The notes beneath the pieces are model-generated. The model was not told the DNA's origin and did not search any database. It saw only the letters and a list, made by a program, of their open reading frames with translations. Below are positions 21,001 through 35,493 of a DNA stretch of 64,000 nucleotides, one piece after another. This stretch comes from Planctomycetota bacterium (GTDB lineage: Bacteria > Planctomycetota > PLA2 > JAEUHO01): positions 320,001 to 384,000 of the forward strand of contig CBDCTJ010000007.1 of assembly GCA_965222115.1 (NCBI GenBank), written 5' to 3'. Numbering within the stretch: the first letter of the stretch is position 1; each line of letters opens with the position of its first letter. The position numbers and the translations under genes were made by a program.

Positions 21001-21509
21001 TCAATCGCGAGTTGGGCCTGACGAAAAACGAGAACCCGTTGCAGGGCTCGTTCGTCATCGAAGCATTGACCGACTTGGTGGAGCAGGCCGTGCTTCGCGA
21101 GTTTGAGCGCATCTCGGAGCGCGGCGGCGTCTTGGGCGCCATGGAACGCATGTATCAACGCACCAAGATTCAAGAAGAGTCGCTCTACTACGAGTCCATG
21201 AAGCACACCGGTGAACTTCCCATCGTGGGCGTCAACACGTTCTTGAGCAAGGACGGTTCTCCCACCATCATTCCACCCGACGTGATTCGCTCCACGCAAG
21301 AGGAGAAGGAGTTCGCCATCGCGAGCCGCAATGCGTTTGCCGAAGTCAATCGGGAGCGCGGTGCCAAGGCACTGGACGAACTTCGCGCCGCGGCCATTGC
21401 CAACGAAAACACATTCGAGCAGTTGATGAACGCGAGCAAGGTATGCACTCTTGGGCAGATCTCCCGCGCGCTCTATGAAATCGGCGGCCAGTACCGCCGT
21501 AATATGTAG
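18027..21509 (+). CDS. icmF: Fused isobutyryl-CoA mutase / GTPase chaperone
   Basis: N-terminal B12 domain (ASLFDGHD), MeaI GTPase ([26 protein letters not shown]), C-terminal TIM barrel with RMFAGEG (Phe specificity residue) and HIQTSGRSL. Confidence 0.96.
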   Translation: MPTKAMSTSRSASAQGHKNGDAPYEPRHVIRLVTAASLFDGHDVAINIMRRILQASGAEVIHLGHNRSVGEIVDCAIQEDAQGIAITSYQGGHVEYLKYMYDLLKERGADIKIFAGGGGTILPSEADELHAYGIARVYSPDDGRAMGLQGMINDLLERCDRPTTSPTLLDEKPSLPLETSQQIARLISLAETFPETAPTIMKKLQPRVDANTVPVLGITGTGGAGKSSLTDELVRRFLRDMSEMRIAIISVDPSKRKSGGALLGDRIRMNSIDTPRVYMRSLATRQANLSVSKHVRTAIHIAKAAGYDLVIVETSGIGQSDTEIVDHSDVALYVMTADYGAATQLEKIDMLDYADVVAINKFDKSGSLDALRDVRKQYKRNHKLFDASDDDLPIHGTIASRFNDRGTHDLYRAVVNAITHETGVTFTPSASPRPSDDHSRHIIAPKRVRYLAEIVEASETYDAFVDEQAALAQELYQLAGTIDALRELDKDAPRLTDGDHDHPVEPQTDDSGDVMSLVRRYNERWTRLHPECQELVAGWPKQRARYEAEHYEFQVRGKTLRQDLFTTSLSGLRIPRVSLPTYTAWGDLLRWMLTENVPGSFPYAAGSFPLKRRGEDPARMFAGEGGPERTNRRFHYVSQGMPAKRLSTAFDSVTLYGEDPDHRPDIFGKVGNSGVSVATVDDAKKLYSGFDLADPKTSVSMTINGPAPIILGFFMNAAVDQGCERYIHEQGKTREINEAIDTMFADRGLPRPTYRGELPPGNDGLGTMLLGVSGDEVLPRETYERIKAETLSRVRGTVQADILKEDQAQNTCIFSTEFALRMMGDVQQYFINNKIRNFYSVSISGYHIAEAGANPITQLAFTLSNGFTFVEYYLSRGMAIDDFAPNLSFFFSNGLDPEYSVIGRVARRIWAKAMKHRYGGSARSQKLKYHIQTSGRSLHAQEIAFNDIRTTLQALYALYDNCNSLHTNAYDEAITTPTEESVRRALAIQLIINRELGLTKNENPLQGSFVIEALTDLVEQAVLREFERISERGGVLGAMERMYQRTKIQEESLYYESMKHTGELPIVGVNTFLSKDGSPTIIPPDVIRSTQEEKEFAIASRNAFAEVNRERGAKALDELRAAAIANENTFEQLMNASKVCTLGQISRALYEIGGQYRRNM

Positions 21510-21517
21510 GACCGCGT

Positions 21518-25137
<3,620 letters not shown>

Positions 25138-25141
<4 letters not shown>

Positions 25142-26127
25142 GACCACCAGTCGAAGAACTGCTGACGGGCATTCGCTCGGGCAATCGTGCGATGTTGGCG
25201 CGAGCCATTACGCTCGTTGAAGACCGCCGGGCCTCACGACACGAAGATGCCCAACAGTTGCTACGAGCCGTGTGGCCCGAGAGCGGATCCGCCCTGCGCA
25301 TTGGCATGACGGGAACGCCGGGGGTGGGCAAGAGCACGTTGATAGAGGCACTTGGCATGCGCCTCGTTGAACACGGCAAGCACGTCGCCGTACTTGCGGT
25401 CGATCCATCCAGTACCGTTAGCGGCGGTAGCATTTTGGGTGACAAGGCCCGCATGCATCGCCTCGCTCAACACAAGCACGCCTACATTCGCCCGTCCCCC
25501 ACCGCTACAACACTTGGCGGCGTTGCGCGACGAACACTCGAAGCCATGGTGCTATGCGAAGCCGCAGGATTCGATGTGGTGTTTATCGAAACGGTGGGTG
25601 TGGGTCAATCCGAAGTCACCGTCGCCGACGTGGTGGACACCATGGTGCTTCTCCTCTTGCCAGGCGGCGGTGATGAATTGCAGGGCATCAAGCGTGGTGT
25701 ACTTGAACGCGCGAACGTGGTTGTTGTCCATAAAGCCGACGGCGACCGCGAACGTGCAGCCCGTGAATCGGGCGACGAAATTCGAGCGGCCTTGCGCTAC
25801 GCGCGGAGCGACTCGCCGGGCAACGCCCCCATCGTGCTGGAAGCCAGCGCATCCACCGGTGCGGGCCTTGACGCGGTGTGGCAGGCGATTACCGATCACC
25901 AAGCTTGGCTCGCGCAGGAGAACCGCTTGGCGACGCGTCGGCAGCAACAACTCGCGCGTCTGATTCACGCCGCGATGAATGATGAACTTACAGCGCGCCT
26001 CGCGGCGTATCCACCACTCACTGACGAACTTGATTCGGCGGCACAGTCTGTCATGACGGGCGACGCGCTTCCCTTTGGTGCTGCGAAGGCTCTCCTCGAA
26101 CGATGGCTACGAAGCCGCCGCGACTGA
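25138..26127 (+). CDS. meaB: MCM-associated GTPase chaperone MeaB/ArgK
   Basis: [50 protein letters not shown] overlap with the mutase gene. Confidence 0.95.
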
Positions 26128-26130
26128 CGA

Positions 26131-29100
26131 CTACGTAAACGACGTCCGCTCTTCCTGTGGCGGAGGCACGACCGACGCGCCGCCGGGTGCCTCCTTGATG
26201 TGAAGATCGCGCTGGGGAAAGGGAATCTCAATCTTGTGTTCGCGGAAGGCTTTGTTGATCGCCAGCCCTAGATCGCTACGCACGTGAATGTGTTCTTCGA
26301 CATCGGCGTAGTACAACACCGTAAAATCGAGACTCGAATCGCCAAATCCAGAAAAGAGCACTTTGGGCTTGGGGTCCTTGAGAATGCGACGTTCGCTGCG
26401 CACGACATCGGTGAGAATCTTGACGACCTTCTCCAGATCGGTGCCGTAGGCCACGCCAACCTGCACGCGACCGCGTGTCTCGCGGTCCTTCCGACTCCAG
26501 TTGGTGACTTCTTGCGTAATGAAGTTTTTGTTCGGAACGATAATCTCTTGGTTATCACGATTGGTGACGTGCGTGGCGCGCACATTGATGCGCTCCACAA
26601 TGCCCCAGGTGTCGCCCACGGAGATGGCGTCTCCAATACGCACGGGGCGTTCCAGCAGCAAAATGATGCCGCTGATGAAGTTGGCCACAATCTCTTGCAA
26701 CCCAAAGCCGATACCCACAGAGAACGCCGCCAAGAGCCAGCCAATGTCGGCAAAGCGAAAGCCCATCGTGAGCAGCGCCGCAGCATAAGCAAAGAACAGC
26801 AGCGCGTAGCGCGCAAACGTTAGGAGTACATACCCGCCGCTCCCGCCCCCGGTTTTCATCTTCGCCACGAAGCGTGACTCGAGAAACGCACCGAGGTTGC
26901 CCACCAAGAAGTGAGCACCCGCAATCCACACCAAGGCCTTGGCCACTTCCCACAAGGTGAGTGAACGCTCTTCGTCGAGCTCGTGGATCTTAAACTCGGA
27001 AAGGAAACCGCGAATGGTGTCGTCGAGCCCCCAAAAGTCGGCCAGCAAGAAGACGGCGAGCGTGCCCGCCACGCCCATGCTGAGTCGTGTGAGTTGCTGC
27101 ACCACCGAATCCGAAATGTGCTCGCCGCTTTCGGCGTCGGTCAACTCGGGATTGGCGCGGCGCATACTGGACGCTGCACGGCTGATGCTGCCACGCACAA
27201 CGAGATACAAGCCGATGAGCAGCAAGACCGTCACGATGGTCTGAACGATGTTGCCCAACGCCATGGCCGAGCCCAACCGGTAGCCCATCAACTCGCCAAC
27301 GATGATGCCGCCAAGCACGAGGTAGATGAGTGGACGCACAAGCGGCAACGCGCGACGCCAGAATGGAGACCAGTTGGAGAGTGCCTCGGAGAATGCGCGC
27401 TTGCGCCACAAGAGACGCACGAGTTGATAGCAAAACGTCAATAAGAACGCCGTGTACAGAACGCGGGAGAGCCCCGCCATCTTGAAGGGCGCGCGTGAGA
27501 GTACGACGGCCGGCGTTAGGAGGCACAGGCCCGCTAGCGATGAGTGGCAAACAAAGCGTTTGAGGGAGTGCCCGAGCGCAGGCGACATGCCCCATTCGCG
27601 TTCGGCAAAGCGACCGGGACCAAAAAACGCGGACCCAAGTGCAATCAGGGCCAAGAAGATGCCCGCGTAGCGCAGTAGCAAGGCCGATGGTTCGGCGATT
27701 CCGGCAGGCAGTCCCAACCACCCCACGCCGTAACTGAGTGCGATTAACCCCAACGGAATGGTGCAGGTGCGGAGCACGACGCCAACCAGCCGCGACACGG
27801 CGTGCCAGAATCCGCGTGCCCGCGTCGTGGCCACGGGGCGATTCCGAAGCCAGCGCGAAAACATAAACAGCGACAACAACGCAATGAGCCAGGAGATCAA
27901 TCGCACCTTGTGCGTGCGAAGGGTCTCGAAAAACGCCGATACGCGCGAAGGCTCTGCCAGCACCTCGGGCAGGCGCGCGGCATCTGCCGCAGCTTCCGAG
28001 AACGTGCCGATGCCAAAGGGGGCGTCGCTGCGAATGCGATACAGGCGACTCGTGACACTACCGAGCAGCTTGTCGGACTGCGCCAAGCGCTTGTCGAGCA
28101 AACCGCCTAGCTCTTTCAAGGGTCCTTGCATGCCGGCGAGCACATCGGCGCGGTGTCGCAATTCCCCACGCATCCCGTCGTTCTCGCCAATGCCAAGCGC
28201 AAAGGCAAGTTGCTTGCGCATGGCGCTGTCCATGGTGACGCCATCTTCAGCCAGTTGCTTGTGAATGTCGCGGCGTATCTCGCTCTCGTCAAAAGGACTC
28301 GCCAAGTCATCAAGTCGATGCTCGACTTCTGCGAGCGCGCCTAAGACCGCATCGCGGTCTTTTCGCCATGCGGGCATAACGTTGCGCTCCAAGTCATCCC
28401 GCGCGTCCTTCACGTTATTGATCACGCGCACCACGCGCTCGGCTGCATCGGCTGAGATGTCGGATGTCTGGCCGAAGCGTCGCTTGACCGTATCGCTTTG
28501 CCGTTCCAAATGGGCCACGCGCCGGCGCTCGCGCTCCAGGGTGCGTTGAATACGAGCGGCGCGACTCCGATCGAGTTGGGCTTGAGCCATGATGTGCTTG
28601 CCTTGGGCCTCGATGGATTTAAGCACACGTTGAAAGGGATCGCGCTCGGCTTTGGCCTCGGCGGCCTTGGACTCGGCCTCTGCGATCGCCACTTCGCCTT
28701 TTTCCCGCAAGTCATCGGCGCGCTGGTTCTGTTTGTGTTCCAGTTCGAACTGTAAAACGCGAATCGCGTTTTGATCGCGCTCTTCTTCGGTCTTGAGCGT
28801 GTCGATGGTGTCTGTCAACGGACCCAACGTATCGCCCGCGGCCTTCATGCGATCACTTGCCGCACGCAAGAAGATTTGATCATTCTCGCGCTTGTACTTG
28901 TCGAGGCCCGAACTGAGTTCGGCCTTGGGATCTTGCACACGCTTGCGTACGCGCTCGGCGAGCGGCGGAAGTTCGTCGAGGCCCGACTTGATGAATTCCA
29001 GATCGGCACGCCACGCGGCAAGCGACGCTGTCGTCTGCTTCATCTGCTCGCGCATCTTGGCGATTTCTGCCGTCACGATCTCCAAGCTCTTGCGCGACAT

Positions 29101-29490
29101 GGCAGCTTCGTCACCCCCGGGCGGCACGCCACACAGGAGATTCTTGAGTTCCTTATCGGCCTGGTCTTTGCGCTTGCTCAGTTCAACGGGGCTCGGCAAC
29201 TTGTCCTTAAGCGTGACAGCACGCAAGTAGTCGTTGATGATGGCCACGCGCACCTGATGCACGTTCTTCCACTTGCCCGCATCCGACTTCGCGTCAACTT
29301 CGCCGAGTTCGATGGCTTTCTTCTGGGCTTCGTCGCGGAGCTTCTCCAGATCCGAAACGGTGATCGCATCGCGCTCCCACGGTTTGAGTTCTTCGCCATA
29401 TGCGGTAGGCGCGGGGAACATCCCCCAAAGGAGCGCGGCGACGAGCACGCCCACGAGATGCACAGCGACACGCGGTTTGGATGCATTCAA
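26131..29490 (-). CDS. Large MscS-family mechanosensitive channel (MscK-like)
   Basis: Signal peptide, long coiled-coil region, multiple TM helices, C-terminal GIGFGLQEIVANFISGIILLLERPVRIGD, VPN..F...V.NW, VGVAYG, FGDSSLDF, IPFPQRDLH. Start uncertain (TTG 29490 with AGGAG, or ATG 29508). Confidence 0.9.
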   Translation of the reverse strand: MNASKPRVAVHLVGVLVAALLWGMFPAPTAYGEELKPWERDAITVSDLEKLRDEAQKKAIELGEVDAKSDAGKWKNVHQVRVAIINDYLRAVTLKDKLPSPVELSKRKDQADKELKNLLCGVPPGGDEAAMSRKSLEIVTAEIAKMREQMKQTTASLAAWRADLEFIKSGLDELPPLAERVRKRVQDPKAELSSGLDKYKRENDQIFLRAASDRMKAAGDTLGPLTDTIDTLKTEEERDQNAIRVLQFELEHKQNQRADDLREKGEVAIAEAESKAAEAKAERDPFQRVLKSIEAQGKHIMAQAQLDRSRAARIQRTLERERRRVAHLERQSDTVKRRFGQTSDISADAAERVVRVINNVKDARDDLERNVMPAWRKDRDAVLGALAEVEHRLDDLASPFDESEIRRDIHKQLAEDGVTMDSAMRKQLAFALGIGENDGMRGELRHRADVLAGMQGPLKELGGLLDKRLAQSDKLLGSVTSRLYRIRSDAPFGIGTFSEAAADAARLPEVLAEPSRVSAFFETLRTHKVRLISWLIALLSLFMFSRWLRNRPVATTRARGFWHAVSRLVGVVLRTCTIPLGLIALSYGVGWLGLPAGIAEPSALLLRYAGIFLALIALGSAFFGPGRFAEREWGMSPALGHSLKRFVCHSSLAGLCLLTPAVVLSRAPFKMAGLSRVLYTAFLLTFCYQLVRLLWRKRAFSEALSNWSPFWRRALPLVRPLIYLVLGGIIVGELMGYRLGSAMALGNIVQTIVTVLLLIGLYLVVRGSISRAASSMRRANPELTDAESGEHISDSVVQQLTRLSMGVAGTLAVFLLADFWGLDDTIRGFLSEFKIHELDEERSLTLWEVAKALVWIAGAHFLVGNLGAFLESRFVAKMKTGGGSGGYVLLTFARYALLFFAYAAALLTMGFRFADIGWLLAAFSVGIGFGLQEIVANFISGIILLLERPVRIGDAISVGDTWGIVERINVRATHVTNRDNQEIIVPNKNFITQEVTNWSRKDRETRGRVQVGVAYGTDLEKVVKILTDVVRSERRILKDPKPKVLFSGFGDSSLDFTVLYYADVEEHIHVRSDLGLAINKAFREHKIEIPFPQRDLHIKEAPGGASVVPPPQEERTSFT

Positions 29491-29778
29491 CGAGGACTCC
29501 TTCACCATGACAGCAACGGCGAGCGCGAATTCGACCTTGGCCGTGCGGGCATGGGTCCGAGCGGCATTCCGGCAACACCACGATTGTGACCCAGACGTGT
29601 GGGGGCAAACGACGTAGGATGGTGCGCGCCGGTCACAGCACTGTCGCCGTGACATGGGTCCGCATGACAAGGACTTAGGCGAATCCGCCGCACACGACCG
29701 TCCCGTTGAGTACGAAGTTCATGCGATCGCCGGAGGTGGTTGCTAAGCTGGCGTAAGCGAGCTGGTGGAGCGTTTTGC

Positions 29779-30531
29779 ATGACAACCGACGCACAAAGAC
29801 AACGTAGACGAACCGAGATCGGAACCGGGGCGCGCCTTGCGCTACGGTGCGCCGCAACCGTTCTGATGGCCGTGGGCGCCACCGCCTGCGCATCGGATGA
29901 CCCCGATCCGGGCTTTGACCCCTTTGTATTTGATCGGCCAACGGACGGGGCGAACACACGCGGACCGCTCACCGCCGACGATATTGCGCCCGAATCCGAT
30001 GAACCCACTCGTAAGGCGCCGAACCGGGCACCGATGGCAAGTGCCGTTCCGCCTGCGGCGGCGGGAGGTACGCCCACGCCCGCCTATGGGTCGCCCGACA
30101 GCAATAGCCCGGATGGGGGTAGCCCCGATGGGGGCATGTATGCGGGCAGCAGCGCGCCACTCTATGGCGATGAACCTTCCGGCTTGATTGGCGGCGGCAC
30201 CCTCCCGGGTCACCCCGCACCGCCCACTGGGAGTGGATTTCCGCAGTCGGTTCCTCCAAATGCGATGCCTCCGAACGGCGCCCCTGCACTACCTCCACTG
30301 CCGGCCGCACCGGCTACTGAAATGCCCAACACACCGATGCCGGGGTCGGCGCCACCGTCAGCTGTGCCGCCCCCAACTCAACCGCAGCCCGCACGACCCA
30401 ACTTCACCACACCACCGCAACCATCACCGTCGATCGCAACGCCCGCCGCGCCATCCCCGGTGCAACCGCCACCCGGTGTGGCTCGTGATATTGGCCTGCC
30501 GCCGCCGCCCCTACCTCCCCTGGATCGCTAG
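29779..30531 (+). CDS. Proline-rich low-complexity lipoprotein
   Basis: Lipobox-like VLMAVGATAC, followed by a Pro/Ala/Gly-rich tail with SPDGG repeats. Confidence 0.6.
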   Translation: MTTDAQRQRRRTEIGTGARLALRCAATVLMAVGATACASDDPDPGFDPFVFDRPTDGANTRGPLTADDIAPESDEPTRKAPNRAPMASAVPPAAAGGTPTPAYGSPDSNSPDGGSPDGGMYAGSSAPLYGDEPSGLIGGGTLPGHPAPPTGSGFPQSVPPNAMPPNGAPALPPLPAAPATEMPNTPMPGSAPPSAVPPPTQPQPARPNFTTPPQPSPSIATPAAPSPVQPPPGVARDIGLPPPPLPPLDR

Positions 30532-30592
30532 CGATTCTTCACACGTAGGTGTTACATGGCTGCGCGCCAATGTTGGTGCGTGAGGCCATGCC

Positions 30593-32140
30593 ATGAACGA
30601 CCTACTGGTGCGCTTGGGAGTCACCGCGGACGATCGCGTCCTGGCGATCGATGACGCAAACCGCGACACGGTGCGCATTGAGAACCCAGCCAATGAAGAA
30701 ACGCTGGCGTTCGTGGCCCTGCAAGACGAGGACGCCTACAACGAAGCGGTAGTGCGCGCGATGCATGTACAACGCGCCTGGCGCGTGCTCCCGGCACCCA
30801 AACGCGGCGAGATTGTGCGACAGATCGGCAACGCAATCCGCGAGCGGCAAGACGACCTCGGCGAACTCGTCACGCGTGAGATGGGCAAGATTCGCACCGA
30901 AGGAGTTGGTGAAGTCATTGAATGCATCGACATGGCCGACTTCTCGGTGGGCCTATCGCGACAACTGTATGGACTCGCCATGCACAGCGAACGCCCCGAA
31001 CATCGCATGCTGGAACAGTGGCACCCGCTTGGCACCATCGGCATTATCACCGCCTTTAACTTTCCGGTGGCGGTGTGGGCATGGAATGCGATGGTGGCCG
31101 CGGTTTGCGGTAACGCCATGGTATGGAAGCCATCGCTGCGCACGCCACTCACCGCCATCGCCATGTCAACGATTGCACGCGATGTGATGGACACGCAAGA
31201 CGTATTTCAACCCGCCGAAGGCGAGGCGCGCGATGTGTTTCAACTCGTCATCGGTCGCGATGAGGTGGTGGGTGAACCCATGATTGCCGATCGGCGCCTG
31301 CCACTCATCAGTGCAACGGGCAGTTGTCGTATGGGCCGCCATGTCGGTGCGGTGGTCGCGAAGCGCTTGGGGAAGTCGTTGCTGGAACTTGGTGGCAACA
31401 ATGCGGTCATCGTTATGCCCGACGCCGATCTCAAACTCGCAACGCGCGCGGTGCTCTTCGGTGCGGTGGGTACGGCCGGTCAGCGCTGCACGAGCACGCG
31501 TCGTTTGTATTGCCACAACGACGTGAAAGACGAGATCACCAAAAGGCTCGTCGAGGCCTACGCGGGAATCTCGATCGGCGATCCGGCCGATGCGGGCACG
31601 TTAATGGGGCCCTTGATTCATGACGGTGCGATTCAGGACATGGCGCGTGCCATTGAGTCTGCCGTGAAGGCGGGCGGAACCGTGCTCACGGGAGGCTTGC
31701 CGGGCATTGCGCGCTTTCAGGATCAAAGTGGGCACTTTGTCGAACCCACAGTCATTGACATGCCGGCAGATCCGATTCCCGGTGTCGTGCGCGAAGAGAC
31801 CTTTGCGCCCGTGCTTTATGTGATGGGCGTTGACTCGCTGGAACAGGCCATTGAACTCAACAACGCCGTTGATCAAGGCCTCTCAAGCGCCGTATTTACG
31901 GGCAGCATGCGCGCCGCGGAACGTTTCCTATCACCGGCTGGATCGGACTGTGGCATTGCCAACGTCAATATTGGCACCAGCGGTGCCGAAATCGGCGGTG
32001 CGTTTGGTGGTGAGAAAGACACCGGCGGTGGGCGCGAAGCGGGCTCCGATGCATGGAAGGCCTACATGCGCCGCCAAACGTGCACCATCAACTACGGCAC
32101 CGACTTACCCCTCGCCCAGGGCGTGAGTTTCGGGGATTAG
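30593..32140 (+). CDS. ALDH family 7 (piperideine-6-carboxylate / alpha-aminoadipate semialdehyde dehydrogenase-like)
   Basis: SERP.HRM.EQWHPLG, AFNFPVAVWAWN, LELGGNN, GTAGQRCT, DCGIANVNIGTSGAEIGGAFGGEK.TGGGRE.GSDAWKAYMRRQT, LPLAQG. Confidence 0.93.
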   Translation: MNDLLVRLGVTADDRVLAIDDANRDTVRIENPANEETLAFVALQDEDAYNEAVVRAMHVQRAWRVLPAPKRGEIVRQIGNAIRERQDDLGELVTREMGKIRTEGVGEVIECIDMADFSVGLSRQLYGLAMHSERPEHRMLEQWHPLGTIGIITAFNFPVAVWAWNAMVAAVCGNAMVWKPSLRTPLTAIAMSTIARDVMDTQDVFQPAEGEARDVFQLVIGRDEVVGEPMIADRRLPLISATGSCRMGRHVGAVVAKRLGKSLLELGGNNAVIVMPDADLKLATRAVLFGAVGTAGQRCTSTRRLYCHNDVKDEITKRLVEAYAGISIGDPADAGTLMGPLIHDGAIQDMARAIESAVKAGGTVLTGGLPGIARFQDQSGHFVEPTVIDMPADPIPGVVREETFAPVLYVMGVDSLEQAIELNNAVDQGLSSAVFTGSMRAAERFLSPAGSDCGIANVNIGTSGAEIGGAFGGEKDTGGGREAGSDAWKAYMRRQTCTINYGTDLPLAQGVSFGD

Positions 32141-32213
32141 TAATCGTCGTATGCAGCAAAACAAGCCTCGCGAGCACGATCGCGAGGCTTGCGGTCACAG
32201 GCCCAGCCAACGC

Positions 32214-34235
32214 TTATCTCGTTCTCCCGGAGTCGGGAGGCGAGTGACGGATGCGATCGATTTGTTGTTCGGTGAGCGAATCCGAGCGTCGCGGTGGGCG
32301 CGGGCGCGCCGTGTTCGATACGCGAAACGCGTCGTCGGTCAACTCGTCGCCAATATCGGTATTGCGCCGTATCACATCGGCGAGACGAGTTCGCTGAATC
32401 GCCTCGAGTTCTGGACCACCAAACAAGCGCTCATACCAGTATCGATCGCCGTCGCGCAATCGACGAAACTGATCCGCCAGCAACCGCGCAAGGGTACGAC
32501 CAACCATGGCGCCATCCACGTGGTCCTCGGCCAACAAGCCGACCCAAAGATCGATGTCTTCCACACGCTCATACGCCTCGGCGAGCTCCGCCTGCGTAGT
32601 CGCGTCGGACGAGACATCTGAGAACGTGTTGATCGCGCCCAACCCAAGTTGAATGCGAACCGTTGCGTAAGACGGCAATCCGTGGTCACGGCCGCGCTGA
32701 ATATTCAGCGCCGCCAAGTCCAGCCCACCCGCGCCAGGTGGACCAAAGAGGAAGCTACGCACGTCTTCGACGATCTTGGTGTCGATGCGCTCGCATGCCT
32801 GCGCGGCCAAGCCACGCAGTACCTCATCGATCCCGCCCTCGGTAACAAGCCGCTCGGGACGGAAGAACGCATCGCGTAGCGACAGGTGACCGTGAACGCT
32901 TTCCTGCCCCTCTGCATCGAGGCGCAACAATGTGGAAGACAACATGCTGTGGCCGAATCGGTACGCCGCGGTTGAAAACGAGTTCGCGATATCTGGACGT
33001 ACGCTTGCGTCGTACCCGCGGTACGGATCAATTGCGTTAGGGCCAAGCAACAACGGCAAAAACTCACGGTACGTGATCGCCTGCATGAGTGCGACGACGC
33101 GGCGACGCGACGCCAAGTACACATCGTCACCACTTAGCTCGGGTCGTTCTTGACGGAGCATACTCGCGATGCGATTGTGCTCTCGAACCCATAGTGTATG
33201 CATCGCCGTAAGTCCCAGTTGCTCATTGCAACGCACATCGCCTGCAAGGAACAAGCTCGGATCCGTTCCACCCGCATTCGGGAGACCTTGTAAATTGAAC
33301 GGCAGCAACTGCCCTTCGCTCATGGCCAGTGCTCCCGTGCCATCAAGTGTGCGCAGTGCTCGCGCGCGTCCTTCATCGGAACCGTACACATTGGAGCCAT
33401 CGATCCACGCCGTAATGGCATTGGTCTGCTCTCGTGGAACGCTGCCGCGTTCATAGGTGGATCGATGAAAGCCCAGCGTAACTACACCGGTACCGAACGG
33501 ATCGAACTCCGCGTCGCCTACAGGTACATCAATAGGTGCAGACTCTTCAGGATCTGCCTCCGGCGTCAAATCAATGTCGTGATCGAGGAACTGTCCCCAT
33601 TGCCAGAGCATGTCGCTCGCGCCGCGCCCATTGTCAACATGTTCGTCATGCTGCTTGCACAGCATGTTGCTGATGTGCCTTGCACTCGCCAGGTGTCCGC
33701 CCGCCAGCGTGGATAGACCGTCACCATAGGCACTCGAAAAGGTCCTACGAAGTCGAACGGCCACGCTCCCCCATTGCTCGTTCGTCGTGTTGTTATCGCG
33801 CCCATCGATCGAGCGATACGTGCGCTCAAATGCCAACGAGATCGGCTTGTCCAACGTTTGACCGTCTCCGTTGAAGACGTCCAAGGAGAACGTCGATTCG
33901 TTTCCAACACCAGGAAGCGAAGGAACACCAACCGAAATCTCGGTTCCTTCAAGTGTCACGTTGGCGGGAACCGGACCCACCGACTGTTGCGTATCCGCGT
34001 TCGTGAATGTCACACGGACCGGCTCAACAAATCCCGTTCCGGAAAGAACGAGCTCACCGCCGTCCATCGAGGGCACGGCTGGACTTGTTGACGTTACGGC
34101 AAGCGTCGTATTGCCAACGCCCATAGGTGTATTGCTCGCTGACGAACCACCAGCACCGCATCCGGAGAAGGGCGTGATCCAAAGTATGCCAAGCGCAACG
34201 ATCGCTGTGCGATGAACGGTTGCTAGTAAACGCAT
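32214..34235 (-). CDS. Heme peroxidase (peroxidase-cyclooxygenase superfamily), lipoprotein with an N-terminal IPT/TIG-like domain
   Basis: YRSIDG..NN, WGQFLDHD, IDGSNVYGS, AGDVRCNEQ, REHNR, AYRFGHS, LNIQRGRDHG, DGDRYWYE; lipobox-like FSGC. Confidence 0.93.
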   Translation of the reverse strand: MRLLATVHRTAIVALGILWITPFSGCGAGGSSASNTPMGVGNTTLAVTSTSPAVPSMDGGELVLSGTGFVEPVRVTFTNADTQQSVGPVPANVTLEGTEISVGVPSLPGVGNESTFSLDVFNGDGQTLDKPISLAFERTYRSIDGRDNNTTNEQWGSVAVRLRRTFSSAYGDGLSTLAGGHLASARHISNMLCKQHDEHVDNGRGASDMLWQWGQFLDHDIDLTPEADPEESAPIDVPVGDAEFDPFGTGVVTLGFHRSTYERGSVPREQTNAITAWIDGSNVYGSDEGRARALRTLDGTGALAMSEGQLLPFNLQGLPNAGGTDPSLFLAGDVRCNEQLGLTAMHTLWVREHNRIASMLRQERPELSGDDVYLASRRRVVALMQAITYREFLPLLLGPNAIDPYRGYDASVRPDIANSFSTAAYRFGHSMLSSTLLRLDAEGQESVHGHLSLRDAFFRPERLVTEGGIDEVLRGLAAQACERIDTKIVEDVRSFLFGPPGAGGLDLAALNIQRGRDHGLPSYATVRIQLGLGAINTFSDVSSDATTQAELAEAYERVEDIDLWVGLLAEDHVDGAMVGRTLARLLADQFRRLRDGDRYWYERLFGGPELEAIQRTRLADVIRRNTDIGDELTDDAFRVSNTARPRPPRRSDSLTEQQIDRIRHSPPDSGRTR

Positions 34236-34417
34236 GAGATCGACCTCCGTAATTCGCGCGCCACAATCAGCGCGTCTACGGAGTAGGAGTACCTAAGGCG
34301 TATTGCGAGAATCTAAAGACAGAACAATTTCATGTGCCAAGATGTTGCGGAGTTCTTAAGCCGCGTAACATTCGGACGATTTCGTCTGCGACAATGTGCG
34401 TATTGAACACGGTTGTG

Positions 34418-35491
34418 CTACGAACGCTCAGTCAGCGGACCCTCAAGCACCACCTCGAGTCCGCCCCACGGCACAGGCCCCATCGTCAACGTCCATCCAT
34501 GGCGTTCGATCACGTCTCGTGCGATACTCAGTCCCAATCCACTGCCATCGGGTGTACGAGTTCGAGCCTCTGCACCCCGAAAACGCCGCTCGGTGAGCCG
34601 CGCGAGTTCGTCATCCGACACACCCGGTCCATCATCGAAGATGCGTAAGCAAAAGTGCTTCGTTCCGATGCGCGCCTCCAACACCACAATCACACGCCCA
34701 CCGTCTTGATTGTACCGAACCGCGTTGCTGATAATGTTGCTCACCGCCTGCTCAAGCAACGTCACGTCGCCTCGAACGACGACGGGCTCGGGTGGAAGTA
34801 CGGCATCAATTACGATAGAGCGCGTAAGCCCCAAGGGACGATGTCGTGCAATCGCCCGTTGGGCAAGCTCGACCAAATCCACGTTGTGTTCACTGATCTC
34901 AATTTGGTCCGCATCGAGTTTGGCCAACGCACCAAGATTCTGAACAAGGCTTCCCAGATAGTGCGTCTCTTCGATACTTGAACGAATGAGGAGCTCTTCG
35001 GTAATCGCGTCGAGCGCAATGTCATTCGCCTCGCGTCTCGCCTGATTGCGCTTGAGCTCCATCAAGTGCCCTTGAAGCACGGTAAGTGGTGTCATCACAT
35101 CATGGGTTGTGTTCGCCACGAACGCTCGCAGCGTTTCTTCCCGAGCTGACAGTTCGCTCATTTGGGTTCGAACACTTTCTCCCGCCGCGTTGAACGCATG
35201 CGCCAGTGCGGCGATTTCGTCTGACCCTTCCGCGCGAATGTCTTTGTCGTATTGCGTCTTTGCGGCAATCTCAACATCCCTTGTGAGTCGCCCGATTCGA
35301 CGCAAAATCGGCCCCACCGCAAGCAAGAGTGCGCCCAAAAGACCGGCTACAAGTGCAAGCGCTCCCCATAAGGTAGCGCGTGCCGAGAGCCCCGTATCAC
35401 GTACAAAATGGTCATGCAGCCAAAGCCATCCCAGGATCAATGGAATTGCGACAGCCAGAAAGACCAGGACGAGGCGCACTCGAATGCCCAT
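34418..35491 (-). CDS. Sensor histidine kinase (HAMP-HisKA-HATPase)
   Basis: Two TM helices, DEIAALAHAFN, HDVMTPL, NIISNAVRY, DDGPG, GSGLGL. Confidence 0.93.
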   Translation of the reverse strand: MGIRVRLVLVFLAVAIPLILGWLWLHDHFVRDTGLSARATLWGALALVAGLLGALLLAVGPILRRIGRLTRDVEIAAKTQYDKDIRAEGSDEIAALAHAFNAAGESVRTQMSELSAREETLRAFVANTTHDVMTPLTVLQGHLMELKRNQARREANDIALDAITEELLIRSSIEETHYLGSLVQNLGALAKLDADQIEISEHNVDLVELAQRAIARHRPLGLTRSIVIDAVLPPEPVVVRGDVTLLEQAVSNIISNAVRYNQDGGRVIVVLEARIGTKHFCLRIFDDGPGVSDDELARLTERRFRGAEARTRTPDGSGLGLSIARDVIERHGWTLTMGPVPWGGLEVVLEGPLTERS

Positions 35492-35493
35492 TC

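Noticed and set aside
30091-30135. Tandem 15-bp repeat as a separate element
   Set aside because: It simply encodes SPDxx repeats inside a low-complexity lipoprotein.
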